DNA of 64,000 nucleotides from Candidatus Zixiibacteriota bacterium (GCA_037441845.1 JBBIRK010000001.1:305284-369283); one strand, 5' to 3'; counted from the first letter of the stretch, positions 40,110 through 51,381 are shown. Notes: generated from the sequence alone by a model not told the origin. A program made the numbers and translations.

Positions 40110-41462
40110 TTGAAATCTTCGTCGATGCGACCGCCCGTGAACTTATTGTTTTTGCCCTGGACAAAACTTGGCCTGGCGGTTCTGATCGGTCTTTGCCAGG
40201 CCGATTTCGTTGCAGCCCAATCCGAACGTTTTCCTGCTGAGAGCGATCACCAATCGACGCGAAATGTCCTGCGTTTCGCTGAAATATGTTCGCTTGTGAC
40301 CGCCAACAACGAGAACCTCAAGGCCGCTCGCTATTTTCAAATTTCAGCGCAAAAAGCGGTCGGCCCGGCCGGCGCCTGGAACGATCCTATGCTGATGGCC
40401 GGAGTGCAAAACCTTCCAACCTCGCTGGATTTCGGCGCCGATATGATGACCATGACCATGATAGGCCTTTCGATCGACCTGCCTTATTCCGGTTACAAGG
40501 GACTGCAACGCAAAGCCGCAAGCGTTGATGTAGAGCTGGCCCGAAACAATATAGTCATGACCGAAAACCAACTTCACGCGGCCGTGCTAACCGCCTATGC
40601 CGAAGCTTATATGCGACAGGTCGAGCTGAAATATCTTCGGGAGCAAAAAAACATCGCCGACAAAGCTCGGCAATCGGTGAAGGCGGACTATGTCACCGGA
40701 GGCGCCGGTGCCGCCGATCTGGCCGCAGCCGAAGCGGAAATCGGACGACTCGATTCGGACATCTTATCCGCCGAACAGGAGCACTTCGAGGCGGTCGCCG
40801 AATTATATGCTCTGGCCGGACAAACACCGCCGAACCCTCTGCCCGAAATCCAGCAAACTGAATTCGACTTCAAGCTGCAGCCGCTTGAAATTTTGCTGGA
40901 CGACGCTCAAAACTATCCGGCCTACGCGAAGCTGAAAATGGAATCCGAAAAATACGGATTGCTGGCCCGTTCGGCTCGGAGAATGCGTTGGCCCATGGCA
41001 TCCATCTCCGGGTATTACGGAATCCGCCAGGGGAACGATATGGAAAACCCAATCGACATGATCGGCTTTCAGATTTCCCTTTCATTGCCCGTTTTCTCCG
41101 GTCGTCAGCAGGGCTCGACAGCCGCCGCCAACGAGGCTTTGCGAATGTCGAGCCGATCCCAGGCTAATCAGTTATGGCAAGAGACAAGAAATCGGCTGGA
41201 GACATTAACTAAAAGGATACGACGATTGAGTGAGGCCAAAGATGGTTATGAAAACCGCATAATCCCGGCCGATTCGTTGGCGTTGAGCGCCGCCATGGAC
41301 GGTTTTGTCAACCGATCGATCTCGTTTGTCGAGCTGACTTCTTATTTGCGCAACATCTATCAGGACTTAAGAACGCTGGCGCGGTTCGACTATGAGATCG
41401 CCCGCGCTTACGCCGAACTCGGCATCTATACGGGAGCCGGATACCAAAACAACAATGAATGA
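40110..41462 (+). CDS. TolC/CusC-family outer membrane efflux protein
   Basis: Signal peptide; AGAWNDPML; SIDLPYSG and SLSLPVFSG strands; first gene of the MFP-RND operon. Confidence 0.85.
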   Translation: MKSSSMRPPVNLLFLPWTKLGLAVLIGLCQADFVAAQSERFPAESDHQSTRNVLRFAEICSLVTANNENLKAARYFQISAQKAVGPAGAWNDPMLMAGVQNLPTSLDFGADMMTMTMIGLSIDLPYSGYKGLQRKAASVDVELARNNIVMTENQLHAAVLTAYAEAYMRQVELKYLREQKNIADKARQSVKADYVTGGAGAADLAAAEAEIGRLDSDILSAEQEHFEAVAELYALAGQTPPNPLPEIQQTEFDFKLQPLEILLDDAQNYPAYAKLKMESEKYGLLARSARRMRWPMASISGYYGIRQGNDMENPIDMIGFQISLSLPVFSGRQQGSTAAANEALRMSSRSQANQLWQETRNRLETLTKRIRRLSEAKDGYENRIIPADSLALSAAMDGFVNRSISFVELTSYLRNIYQDLRTLARFDYEIARAYAELGIYTGAGYQNNNE

Positions 41463-41474
41463 GGAAGGCGATTT

Positions 41475-43172
41475 ATGATCGATGATTCACATGAAGACGG
41501 CGCTTTTCTTCCCGAGGGCGTGGAATCGCCGCCGCCGATGGTAAAAACGATGGCGATCGTTCGTTGGGGATTGCTTGCCGGTCTTACGATATTCGCCCTG
41601 TTCATGTTCCTCAGCATGCCGGGGCTTGCACTTTGGGAGGCAAGAGGAGACCAACAGGTGCAATACCATTGCCCAATGCACCCCACCTATATCGCCAACC
41701 AACCCGGGGAATGCCCGATCTGCGGCATGAGCTTGGTGCCCGTCAAGGGACAACCTGCCGAAAGGAAAACTCCGTCCAAAGCCGACGACAAGACGAAAAC
41801 AATGAAGGATTCATCGGCCACAATGCAGAAATATACCTGCCCGATGCATCCTGAAGTCATCTCCGACAAGCCAGGCCAATGTCCGAAGTGCGGCATGGAT
41901 TTGATAGCCGCAACTCACTCCAGTCACGACTCCACCAGGTCCGAACCAAAAGTGAGAACCGACACAACCGGCAGGAAGAAAGCCGCGGAAGGCTACTACA
42001 CCTGCCCGATGCATCCCGAGGTCGTCTCCGACAAGCCAGGGCGCTGCCCGAAATGCGGAATGTTCCTCGAATACAAACAGGCAGCGGATTCGCTGTCGGA
42101 ACATGGTACACATCCAGCCGATACCGTCCATGATGCCTCCACAGCGGAATCGCAAATTCCCGGACTTGCCCCCATTACGCTCGAACTGGCCCGCCAGCAG
42201 CTGATAGGCGTCCGGACCTCGAAAGCGGTCCGGGAAACAATCGGCGACAGCTTGAGGCTTTTCGGCGAATTGACGGTCGATGAAACTAAGCTGCGCAAAC
42301 TCCAATTGCGGGTTTCCGGGTGGATTAAGAAGCTATTCTTGAACCAAACCGGACAAGCAGTAGATCGCGGCGATACGATCGCTCTAATCTACAGCCCGGA
42401 ATTGTATCAGGCTATGAGCGAATTCAAAAACCTGCTGAATTCGCCGCTTATGGAATCCTCGCCGCAGATTCGCGCGGCCACACGGGAGAAATTGATTCTG
42501 CTCGGCCTTTCCGATGCCGATATCGACGAGATTGAGGAAGGAACCGAACCTACTCCCGATTATGCATTGCGCAGCCCCCTCAGAGGATTCGTGATCGAGA
42601 AAAATGTCATCGAAGGCCAGCGTATAGACCCGACTCAAGAGATAGCCACGATAGCCGATTTGAGCACGGTGTGGGTTTTGGCGGGCGTTTATGAACACGA
42701 TATTCCCTATATAAAAACAGGGCAAAGGGCGGAAGTGAAAATCGAGGGGTTTCCCGACCTGATTTTCAAGGGACGAATCGGATTGATCTACCCCGATTTC
42801 TCTCTCGATAGCCGCAGCGGAAAAGTCAGAATCGAGCTTTCCAACGAGGGTTTCCGCCTTAGGCCGGGGATGCTCGCCGAAATAAATGTTGCTGCGGACA
42901 GTAAATCTCTTCTGACTGTGCCCTCAGAGGCGGTGATCGATGGCGGTGTGCATCGATACGTATTTGTGGTTCACGATAAAACCCATTTCGAGCCCCGCCT
43001 GGTTACCACGGGAATCTCGATCGGCGAAAGAACGGCGATCGAGACAGGGCTCCGCGAAGGTGAAGAAGTCGTTACCAGCGCCAATTTCCTTATCGATTCG
43101 GAAGGTCGGCTCAAAGCGGCCATGATCGGATCCTCGGGACCGCCGCCGACAACCCACGAAGGTCATAAATAA
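41475..43172 (+). CDS. cusB: CusB-like membrane fusion protein with three heavy-metal-binding domains
   Basis: Three YxCPMHP...PGxCPxCGM motifs; [35 protein letters not shown]. Confidence 0.9.
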   Translation: MIDDSHEDGAFLPEGVESPPPMVKTMAIVRWGLLAGLTIFALFMFLSMPGLALWEARGDQQVQYHCPMHPTYIANQPGECPICGMSLVPVKGQPAERKTPSKADDKTKTMKDSSATMQKYTCPMHPEVISDKPGQCPKCGMDLIAATHSSHDSTRSEPKVRTDTTGRKKAAEGYYTCPMHPEVVSDKPGRCPKCGMFLEYKQAADSLSEHGTHPADTVHDASTAESQIPGLAPITLELARQQLIGVRTSKAVRETIGDSLRLFGELTVDETKLRKLQLRVSGWIKKLFLNQTGQAVDRGDTIALIYSPELYQAMSEFKNLLNSPLMESSPQIRAATREKLILLGLSDADIDEIEEGTEPTPDYALRSPLRGFVIEKNVIEGQRIDPTQEIATIADLSTVWVLAGVYEHDIPYIKTGQRAEVKIEGFPDLIFKGRIGLIYPDFSLDSRSGKVRIELSNEGFRLRPGMLAEINVAADSKSLLTVPSEAVIDGGVHRYVFVVHDKTHFEPRLVTTGISIGERTAIETGLREGEEVVTSANFLIDSEGRLKAAMIGSSGPPPTTHEGHK

Positions 43173-43182
43173 GGGATATGCG

Positions 43183-46100
43183 GTGATAAAAGCGATCATC
43201 GAATACTGCGCGCGGAATCAAGCCATCGTATTCACCGGCACACTGCTTGCCTGCGCCGGAGCTTTTTTCGCCATAAACAATATCAATCTCGATGCCATCC
43301 CCGATCTTTCCGATACGCAGGTGATAATTTTCACCGAGTGGATGGGACGCAGCCCGGATCTGATCGAAGATCAGATAACCTATCCCATAGTCGCCTCGCT
43401 TTTGGCCGCCCCACGAGTACGCGATGTGCGCGGATTTTCCATGTTCGGGATGTCGTTCGTTTATGTCATTTTCGATGATGGCACCGACCTGTATTGGGCT
43501 CGGTCGAGAATTATCGAGTACTTGAAACAAATCGAGGGGAAATTCCCGCCTGGAGTGTCGCCCAGGCTCGGTCCCGACGCCACCTCGATCGGGTGGATTT
43601 ATCAGTATGCTTTGATCGACACCACCGGCAGTCACGATCTTTCGGAATTACGTACTTTCCAGGATTTCAATCTGCAATACGCCTTGTCATCGGTAAGCGG
43701 TGTGGCTGAGGTGGTCAGTGTGGGCGGATACCAGAAGCAATATCAAGTGGAAATCGATCCGCTTAAGCTCAAGGCCTACGGCGTCTCCATTTCCGATGTT
43801 ATCAGGGCGGTCCGCCGAAGCAACAAAGACGTCGGCGGCAGAGCGATCGAAATGAGCGGCCGCGAATATATTGTCCGGGGACGCGGCTATATACGCGACC
43901 TCGAGGCGATACGAAATATCTCGCTGGGAACCGACCGGGCGGGCGTGCCGATTCTGGTCCGCAATGTCGCCCGTGTAACTATTGGACCTGATATTCGGCG
44001 CGGCGTCGGCGAATTCAACGGTATTGGAGAAGCGGTAGGCGGCATCATCGTAATGCGTCATGGCGAAAACGCCCTCAAAGTCATAAAAAACGTAAAAAAC
44101 AAAATAGCCGAAATATCCCCGTCATTTCCCGAGGGAATCCAGCTTGTGCCGGTCTATGACCGAAGCAGCCTGATAATCCGGGCGATCGAGACTCTTCGCC
44201 ACAGCCTTATCGAGGAAGGAATAGTGGTGGCGATCGTCATCATAATATTCCTGCTGCATTTTCGCAGCGCCTTGGTGCCCATTATTACTTTGCCGGTGGC
44301 GGTGGCCTTGGCGTTCATACCTATGTATCTGTTGAAAATCAATTCCAATATCATGAGCATGGGCGGCATCGCCATTGCGATCGGCGCCATGGTGGACGCC
44401 AGTATAGTGTTGGTGGAAAACACCCATAAGAAATTGGAAAAAGCGGGGGGCATGGCCGATAGGCGCCAAGTGATTATCGAAGCGATAAAAGAAGTAGGCC
44501 CCTCGATTTTCTATTCGCTTCTGATAATAACGGTCGCCTTCCTGCCGATTTTCGCCCTCACCGGACAAGGAGGGCGCTTGTTCAAGCCGTTGGCTTATAC
44601 GAAGACATTCGCCATGTTTTTCGCGGCCTTGGTATCGATCACGGTCTCTCCGGCCTTGATAGCGCTTCTGATCCGCGGCAAAATCAAACCGGAAACCGAA
44701 CACCCCATATCCAAATTCTTGATAAAGCTGTATAAGCCATTCGTATATGTCGCCTTGCGCAATCCAAAATCAACTATAGCTATCGGCCTGGTGGCGATTC
44801 TGGCGACCATCCCGATGATACCACGGCTCGGTTCGGAATTCATGCCGCCGCTCAACGAGGGTGACCTGCTCTATATGCCCACAACCCTGCCCAACATTTC
44901 GATCGAGCAGGCAAAACAGTATCTTCAGTATCAGGACCGCATAATCAAGTCTTTCCCGGAAGTAATCACCGTATTCGGAAAAGCCGGCCGAGCCGAAACC
45001 GCCACCGATCCGGCGCCGTTGTCGATGCTGGAAACCGTTATCCAACTGAAACCCAAAAAACAGTGGCGGAAAGTGGAAGTAAATAGGTGGTACTCGAGCT
45101 GGCTGCCTGATTTCTTAAAACCGCCGTTAAGACTCATTTGGCCCGAGAGCAGACATATCACTTGGGAGGAGCTCGTAAGCAAGCTCGATCAAGCTCTGCA
45201 ATTCCCGGGATGGACCAACGCCTGGACGATGCCTATCAAGACGCGGATCGATATGCTTTCGACCGGTATCCGCACTCCTATCGGCATTAAAATATTCGGC
45301 AACGATCTCGACGAAATCGATCGAATCGGGCTCGAGCTCGAACACACCCTGTCGTCTATTCCGGGCACGCGCAGCGTATTTTCGGATAGAAACTCAGGCG
45401 GCTATTACATCGATATACTCCCCGACAGAACGGCGATCGCCCGCTACGGGTTGACGATCGCGGACGTTCAGGACATTATCGAGACCGCTATCGGCGGCAT
45501 GCCGATCGAAACGACGATCGAAGGAAGAAATCGCTTCACGATCAACGTCCGTTACGCCCGGGATTTCCGCAGCGATATAAAGCGGTTGAAAGAGGTTCTG
45601 GTTCCTCTGCCGAGAGGTAGAAGCGGCGACGGCCCCATGTCCGGTATGAGTCGAAATTCCTTTTCGAACGAGCCGCCGATGCTTGCCTCTATGGAGATAA
45701 GCGGCTCTAATCCGTGGAAAGACATGAACTCGGCCGCGCCGGCTAAGGCGAAAGGGGCATTTCCGGGATCGGAAAATATGACCATGCAGCAATCATCCGG
45801 CATGAGCCCTATGTCGGGCGGTGGGTCTCCAATGGCTTTTCCGGGATATGAAAACCGGTTCAATGCGCTATCGAAAGAAACGGCGGCGATCCCACTTGGA
45901 CGAATCGCCTCGATCGAAATCAGCGAGGGAGCGCCGATGATTAAAGATGAAGCCGGCAAACTTGTCGGATATGTATTCGTGGATATCGACCAAGGCCAAC
46001 GGGATATCGGCGGTTACGTTAATGAAGCCAAAGAAAAGGCGCGGAAAAACGTGCAACTGCCCCCGGGTTATTATCTCAAATGGACCGGTCAATACGAACT

Positions 46101-46671
46101 GCTGGAACAAATGGCCAAACGGATGAAGGTAGTCATCCCGATAACGTTGATATTGGTGTTGCTGCTGCTTTATTTGAATTTCCGCAATCTGACCGAATCT
46201 TTGATCGTTTTGGTAAGCGTCCCGTTCGCGCTGGTGGGAAGTATCTGGATAATGTATTTCCTCGGTTACAACATTTCCACCGCGACTTGGGTGGGAATCA
46301 TAGCCTTGATAGGGCTGGCGGCGGAAACAGGTATCGTAATGGTGTTATATCTCGACCAGGCGTTCGAAAGACGGAAAAAGGCCGGGAAAATGAACGATCT
46401 GAACGACATAATTTGGGCGCACATGGAAGGCACGGTTATGCGGATACGCCCCAAGCTCATGACGGTGGGCACCACGATGATCGGTTTGATGCCGCTGCTA
46501 TGGGCTACCGGCAGCGGAGCCGACGTTATGAAGAGGATCGCCGCTCCCATGGTCGGCGGCTTGATCAGCTCGGCTTTCCTGACGTTGGAGATTCTGCCCG
46601 TTATCTACACCTATTGGCGCAACTGGCAGCTGAAACGCCAACGAAATCGAGTGGATACGGCGGCATCTTAG
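43183..46671 (+). CDS. cusA: CusA/CzcA family heavy-metal RND efflux pump (Cu/Ag type)
   Basis: DAIPDLSDTQVII, GAMVDASIV, GSEFMPPLNEGDLLYMP, WTMPIKTRIDMLSTG, RPKLMT, MKRIAAPMVGG. Confidence 0.93.
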   Translation: MIKAIIEYCARNQAIVFTGTLLACAGAFFAINNINLDAIPDLSDTQVIIFTEWMGRSPDLIEDQITYPIVASLLAAPRVRDVRGFSMFGMSFVYVIFDDGTDLYWARSRIIEYLKQIEGKFPPGVSPRLGPDATSIGWIYQYALIDTTGSHDLSELRTFQDFNLQYALSSVSGVAEVVSVGGYQKQYQVEIDPLKLKAYGVSISDVIRAVRRSNKDVGGRAIEMSGREYIVRGRGYIRDLEAIRNISLGTDRAGVPILVRNVARVTIGPDIRRGVGEFNGIGEAVGGIIVMRHGENALKVIKNVKNKIAEISPSFPEGIQLVPVYDRSSLIIRAIETLRHSLIEEGIVVAIVIIIFLLHFRSALVPIITLPVAVALAFIPMYLLKINSNIMSMGGIAIAIGAMVDASIVLVENTHKKLEKAGGMADRRQVIIEAIKEVGPSIFYSLLIITVAFLPIFALTGQGGRLFKPLAYTKTFAMFFAALVSITVSPALIALLIRGKIKPETEHPISKFLIKLYKPFVYVALRNPKSTIAIGLVAILATIPMIPRLGSEFMPPLNEGDLLYMPTTLPNISIEQAKQYLQYQDRIIKSFPEVITVFGKAGRAETATDPAPLSMLETVIQLKPKKQWRKVEVNRWYSSWLPDFLKPPLRLIWPESRHITWEELVSKLDQALQFPGWTNAWTMPIKTRIDMLSTGIRTPIGIKIFGNDLDEIDRIGLELEHTLSSIPGTRSVFSDRNSGGYYIDILPDRTAIARYGLTIADVQDIIETAIGGMPIETTIEGRNRFTINVRYARDFRSDIKRLKEVLVPLPRGRSGDGPMSGMSRNSFSNEPPMLASMEISGSNPWKDMNSAAPAKAKGAFPGSENMTMQQSSGMSPMSGGGSPMAFPGYENRFNALSKETAAIPLGRIASIEISEGAPMIKDEAGKLVGYVFVDIDQGQRDIGGYVNEAKEKARKNVQLPPGYYLKWTGQYELLEQMAKRMKVVIPITLILVLLLLYLNFRNLTESLIVLVSVPFALVGSIWIMYFLGYNISTATWVGIIALIGLAAETGIVMVLYLDQAFERRKKAGKMNDLNDIIWAHMEGTVMRIRPKLMTVGTTMIGLMPLLWATGSGADVMKRIAAPMVGGLISSAFLTLEILPVIYTYWRNWQLKRQRNRVDTAAS

Positions 46672-46718
46672 AGAGCTTCTCCAAAACGCCAGACAAACTG
46701 GTTATAATGCGTATCCTT

Positions 46719-47435
46719 TTATATCCCGAGGAATTCGGCGATTGTTTCTATATCCGAATAGGAACGAATGATCAAACCGGCACCCGCCTTTTCCAGTTCA
46801 TTGTCAGGGAATTTGCCGCCGGCCTCGATTGAGACCGCCGCCGCCAGCACGCCGACTTCCCGCGCCGCCTTAATATCCGCCGGGGAATCGCCGAAATGAC
46901 AAGCATGCTCGTCATCGCCGAAACCACCTCGATAAAGCGCCGTCCGCAATATAATAACCCTCTCTTCGCCATCCTCGCCGAAACCGCCGAAATTGAAATA
47001 CCGATCGAGTCCAGCCGATTTCAATTTCCATCGAGCGAAAACCGCATAATTGCCGGTGGCAAGGCCGCATCGAACACCCGATCGAGACAGAAGATCGAGC
47101 AACTCGGTAACCCCGGCGAGTTTTTCGTATTCCGGTTCGTGATTATCGCGCGTCAACAACGCGAAACGATCCAGCATAACCATAAACAGACGATCGAGGT
47201 TGTCATCGACCGTTTCGGGGGCCACTCCGAGTTTCGCCAGGACTTCTCGCATGATCGAGCGATCGGTCATACCGAACAACTCCGGGCCGAGATGCCTCAT
47301 GTAGTGAATTTCGCGTATACCGAACACCTCGGCGATCGCATATTCGATCGCCTTCATTTTCAGCGTCACAAGATTTCCGGAACGCCGCCGCACGAGAGTG
47401 TGATCGAGATCGAACGTGGCCATAGAAACCCGCAT
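46719..47435 (-). CDS. HAD-superfamily hydrolase (phosphoglycolate phosphatase-like)
   Basis: TFDLDHTL, GMTD, LATGN, GGFGED, GDSPADI. Confidence 0.88.
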   Translation of the reverse strand: MRVSMATFDLDHTLVRRRSGNLVTLKMKAIEYAIAEVFGIREIHYMRHLGPELFGMTDRSIMREVLAKLGVAPETVDDNLDRLFMVMLDRFALLTRDNHEPEYEKLAGVTELLDLLSRSGVRCGLATGNYAVFARWKLKSAGLDRYFNFGGFGEDGEERVIILRTALYRGGFGDDEHACHFGDSPADIKAAREVGVLAAAVSIEAGGKFPDNELEKAGAGLIIRSYSDIETIAEFLGI

Positions 47436-47469
47436 GAGGTCAATATGCCCATCGGCGTTCGCGTGTCAA
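47436..47469 (-). promoter_or_regulatory. Promoter of a probably leaderless HAD mRNA
   Basis: Minus strand TTGACA-N16-CATATT-N6-ATG; no SD. Confidence 0.5.
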
Positions 47470-47504
47470 CCGTGAAAAATCACGCAAAGGAAAAAGTTTA
47501 TAAA

Positions 47505-47533
47505 TTGACAAAAGCGGCAGACGATAATATGAT
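47505..47533 (+). promoter_or_regulatory. sigma70 promoter of the acyltransferase-glycosyltransferase cluster
   Basis: TTGACA-N17-TATGAT. Confidence 0.65.
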
Positions 47534-47633
47534 TATGAACAATCATGGATTTCTGGCGGTGCGCTTTTATAGATCATGACTCCCATTCCATGATTTTTTG
47601 GAATTGGAAATCCGACAAAAGGAAAAAGTCGAT

Positions 47634-48254
47634 ATGACCGAAAACGCAGAACAAAAAAAGGATTTGAAACCGATCACCGCGAAAAACTCGTTCCGCGATC
47701 TGCTTAAAAAATTGATCGCCTACATGCGCGGACAAACGTTGAAACTCAGAATAAAGACGACCGGCCCGGTGAAACAATACGGCAGAGCGAAATTCCTGAA
47801 GCATAACGGTTATATAGAAATAGGGTCTCGCTCGGCACTCTGGCCCGGAGTGAAAATAGAAGCCACCTCGGTTTTCGAAAACAAGACAGCGACCGTCAAA
47901 ATCGGCCGTCGCTGCAACCTGGGCGATAATCTGCAGATACACTGCGCCGATTCGGTGACCATAGGCGATAATGTCGGAATCGCCTGGGACGTGATCATAA
48001 TGGATCACAACTATCACTCGCTCACGGGGTTTTCCGAAGGTGAACCGGATTTGGATCCGCGCCCGGTGGTGATCGGTGACCGCGTCTGGCTCGGAATCAG
48101 AACGATCGTTTTGAAAGGCGTGCATATCGGCGATGGCTGCGTCATCGGGGCCGGCTCGGTGGTCACCAGGGATATTCCGCCTAATACGTTGGCCGCCGGC
48201 AACCCGGCAAAACCGATCAAATTGATCGAATATCCTCAGCGAAAAGGCGCTTAA
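47634..48254 (+). CDS. Hexapeptide-repeat O-acyltransferase (maltose/galactoside acetyltransferase-like)
   Basis: IMDHNYH, PVVIGDRVWLG, ILKGVHIG-like repeat, GAGSVVTRDIP, AGNPAK. Confidence 0.9.
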   Translation: MTENAEQKKDLKPITAKNSFRDLLKKLIAYMRGQTLKLRIKTTGPVKQYGRAKFLKHNGYIEIGSRSALWPGVKIEATSVFENKTATVKIGRRCNLGDNLQIHCADSVTIGDNVGIAWDVIIMDHNYHSLTGFSEGEPDLDPRPVVIGDRVWLGIRTIVLKGVHIGDGCVIGAGSVVTRDIPPNTLAAGNPAKPIKLIEYPQRKGA

Positions 48255-48272
48255 AGCGATATCCACTGCCCT

Positions 48273-49424
48273 ATGAATCCTGAAAAACAGATAAAAGTGC
48301 TGCACGTGTCTATCGGCTTGGGCACCGGCGGCCTGGAGAGAGTCGTTACCATATTGACGACAAGAATGGATAAAAATTTCTTCTCGGTCGGCTCGCTCTG
48401 CCTCAAATACATCGGCGAATTCGGAGAGTATCTCCGTAATAACGGCTATAGCGTCGAAATTTTCCCGCAAAATCCGAAACATTTCGACTTACGCGACCCT
48501 TGGCGCCTTTCCCGCTATTTGAAAAAAAGAAAAGTCGATGTCGTTCATGCTCATTCGGGCGCATTTTTCATGAGTGTCGCCGCCGCCCGCCTTGCCGGGG
48601 TTCCGGCGGTATTTTACACCGATCACGGCCGCCCGCAGGTCGAAGGAACGAAACGGATGATCGAGGAAGCGACCACGGCCAGATTCGTGGATCGCGTGAT
48701 CGCCGTCTCCGAGGAGCTGAAACAACACCTGATCACCAAAACCCATTTCCCCGCCGGAAAAATCGACGTCATAGTGAACGGCGTCGATACGGATATTTTT
48801 CAGCCTCGGCCCAAACCCCAGAAACTGTTTGCCGAATTCCGCCTGCCACAAGGGGCGAAAATCATCGGCTCGACCGGAAGATTCTCCCGCGAAAAAGGAT
48901 ATCATATTTTGATTGAATCGTTTTCCCTGGTCGTGCAAAAAATACCCGACGCCCACCTGCTGTTGGTAGGTGACGGCCCGCAGAGAGATGAGCTCGAAAG
49001 GCAGTCCCGGGAAACCGGTTGCGGCGATAAAATCGTTTTCGCCGGGGTTCGAAGTGACATCCCGGAATTGCTGAACCTGTTCGATATTTTCGCTTTGCCT
49101 TCGATCTACGAAGGGACCTCCATGTCTCTGCTCGAGGCGATGGCCTCGGGAACACCGCCCGTGGCCACCGAAGTCGGCGGGAACCTGTCGATAATAAAAA
49201 ATCAGGAAAGCGGGCTGTTGGTCCCCTCGGAAAATCCCTCTGCGTTGGCTGAGGCGATTATTGAGCTTTTATCGGATGACGGCAAACGCAATGCGTTCGG
49301 AAAGGCAGCGCAAAGAAAAATCAAAGCCGATTACAGCCAAGAAAATATGGTGAGGAGATATTCGGAATTGTATTTGAACGTTCTGCAAAAGAAAAAGCGT
49401 TTCATCGATATGAGGTTGCCATGA
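48273..49424 (+). CDS. GT4 family glycosyltransferase
   Basis: GGLER, VHAHS, IVNGVD, KG, PSIYEGTSMSLLEAMASG. Confidence 0.93.
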   Translation: MNPEKQIKVLHVSIGLGTGGLERVVTILTTRMDKNFFSVGSLCLKYIGEFGEYLRNNGYSVEIFPQNPKHFDLRDPWRLSRYLKKRKVDVVHAHSGAFFMSVAAARLAGVPAVFYTDHGRPQVEGTKRMIEEATTARFVDRVIAVSEELKQHLITKTHFPAGKIDVIVNGVDTDIFQPRPKPQKLFAEFRLPQGAKIIGSTGRFSREKGYHILIESFSLVVQKIPDAHLLLVGDGPQRDELERQSRETGCGDKIVFAGVRSDIPELLNLFDIFALPSIYEGTSMSLLEAMASGTPPVATEVGGNLSIIKNQESGLLVPSENPSALAEAIIELLSDDGKRNAFGKAAQRKIKADYSQENMVRRYSELYLNVLQKKKRFIDMRLP

Positions 49425-49690
49425 ACAAATCAAGGCGGATCCGGCAATCGATGAGTAGGCCGCATAACAACACCCAAAATCCAAAGCAAAAAAATGATTC
49501 GGCAATCAACAAGGGCTCGGAACAGAAGTTTAGGATTCCGCTGTTTGCAATATAGATCGGGAAGTCACTGGTGCCGTCTAACGGCACAGCGGTTACGATT
49601 CGGAATACTCAGTAAATAATCATGAGGTAATCGATGAAGCGACGGCGTTCCCGACGATTATAATGAAAATTAATCGATGAGATTGAGCAG

Positions 49691-51079
49691 ATGAACCCCT
49701 GGATAGCCCGAAATCTAATATATCGTCCGGCGCAGGCGATCAGAGGCGAAAAAATAAGCGAATACATGGCCGCGGTGAGAGCTTTCAACAGCCTGCCTTA
49801 TCATAAGATGGCGGAAATTCAATGGTTCAAACTCGTCCGACTGATCGAATTCGCCTATAAAAACAACGCATATTACCGCGAACTCTATGACAAACACGGT
49901 GTCGATCCGAAGAAAATATCGAATTTCAATGATTTCGCCAAGCTTCCTTTGTTGCTTAAAAGCGAAATCAAGGAAAAGCACGAGCGTATGATTTCCGCGG
50001 GACGGTGGAAACTCTCCCACCGCAAAACCTCCGGTTCGACCGGAACACCGCTAAAATTCGTCAAAGATATCGAGGCCCTGGCCTACATGAATGCGGTTAT
50101 GCACGATGTTTACAGCTGGCATGGGATAAATATCGGCGACCGACAAGCGCGTATCTGGGCCATCCCCAACGAGCCGCGCCGGAAATTATCGATTTTCTTC
50201 AGAGACCTGTTGCAAAATCGAATCCGCCTGAACTCTTTCGACGTTTCCGATGATACCAGTCGGCGGTTTTATCGCAGGCTGCTCCGATTCAAACCGGCGT
50301 TCTTATATGGCGTGCCGAGCTACATATTGGATTTCGGGAGACGGCTGAAACGGCTGGGATTTGATCCGTCCGCTTGCGGTTTCAAGGTCATAATCGTAAC
50401 CGGCGAAATTTTATACAAAGAGCAGGCAGAAGAAATAAAGGAAATGTTTCGTTGTCCTCTGGCAAATGAATACGGCACAACCGAATGCGGCATAATCGCA
50501 TTCACCTGCACCAAAGGCAATCTGCATTTGATGAATCACAACCTTTATGTGGAAATAATCGATCCGCAAACGGGCCGCGAAGTCGCCGGCGGGGAAACCG
50601 GCGAGATCGTGCTGACCGAGCTGCATGCATATTCGATGCCGTTTATCCGATATCGACTGGGCGATCGGGCGGTGCGCAAACCAGGGAAGTGCGAGTGCGG
50701 GCTCGAATTGCCGATGCTTGCTCATGTGGAGGGACGTCTCGAGGATATGATTACCACACCCGAGGGGAAAAAGGTCGCGGGGGGAATGCTGTATTATACG
50801 TTGGTCAAGGGGATACAGCAGTTCAAAGCTTATCAGAGGGCGATCGATCGGCTCGAAATTCTTATCGTCCGCGCACCCGATTTTTCGGATAAAATCCTGT
50901 CCGATCTTTATAGTCAATGGCGTCGTTACTTAGGCGAAAACATGAAAATCGAGGTCAAGTTCGTCGACCACATCCCCGCGGATCGCAGCGGAAAATTCCG
51001 TTATTTCGTCCCGGAAATCGAACTCGATTACGTAGCCAAATCGGCGAACCCGGAAAAGTCGGCATCGGACAATCCGTGA
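49691..51079 (+). CDS. Phenylacetate-CoA ligase / CapK-like adenylate-forming enzyme
   Basis: KTSGSTGTP, YGVPSY, NEYGTTE, MPFIRYRLGD, EGRLED, SGKFR. Confidence 0.88.
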   Translation: MNPWIARNLIYRPAQAIRGEKISEYMAAVRAFNSLPYHKMAEIQWFKLVRLIEFAYKNNAYYRELYDKHGVDPKKISNFNDFAKLPLLLKSEIKEKHERMISAGRWKLSHRKTSGSTGTPLKFVKDIEALAYMNAVMHDVYSWHGINIGDRQARIWAIPNEPRRKLSIFFRDLLQNRIRLNSFDVSDDTSRRFYRRLLRFKPAFLYGVPSYILDFGRRLKRLGFDPSACGFKVIIVTGEILYKEQAEEIKEMFRCPLANEYGTTECGIIAFTCTKGNLHLMNHNLYVEIIDPQTGREVAGGETGEIVLTELHAYSMPFIRYRLGDRAVRKPGKCECGLELPMLAHVEGRLEDMITTPEGKKVAGGMLYYTLVKGIQQFKAYQRAIDRLEILIVRAPDFSDKILSDLYSQWRRYLGENMKIEVKFVDHIPADRSGKFRYFVPEIELDYVAKSANPEKSASDNP

Positions 51080-51381
51080 GCTTTACGCCATATATTTCTC
51101 TGACATAGCGGAAAAAAACAGCATGCGGATAAATCGTAGAGATTCCTACTGAGGGAATAAGGACAATTGCTCAATTATGGCACAGATTCTTCTTCGATGA
51201 ACAAAAAACGACAGTCGGAAAGGATGGAAATGTCCACGATTTGCGTGAAAGCGATTGACGCGCAACAACATACGAGTAGGCAGAAAATCCTTTTACGGGC
51301 ACTATTTTAGCTCTATAATAAAATGCCGAATAGCAGTTACAGGGCGACTTCCGCCCGTGCAGGATCGAAAGGAGAATAAAG

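Noticed and set aside
41460..41477. TolC TGA stop is in frame with cusB
   Set aside because: The TGA is part of the cusB SD (TGAGGAAGG); there is no Cys context and both proteins are complete.
46080..48482. Long antisense or alternative-frame ORFs (46080..46832, 46896..47579, 47574..48482 and similar throughout)
   Set aside because: They shadow well-supported genes and lack recognisable motifs or SDs.
49421..49555. 44-aa ORF overlapping the GT4 stop (MNKSRRIRQ...)
   Set aside because: No recognisable features; cannot be distinguished from a chance ORF.
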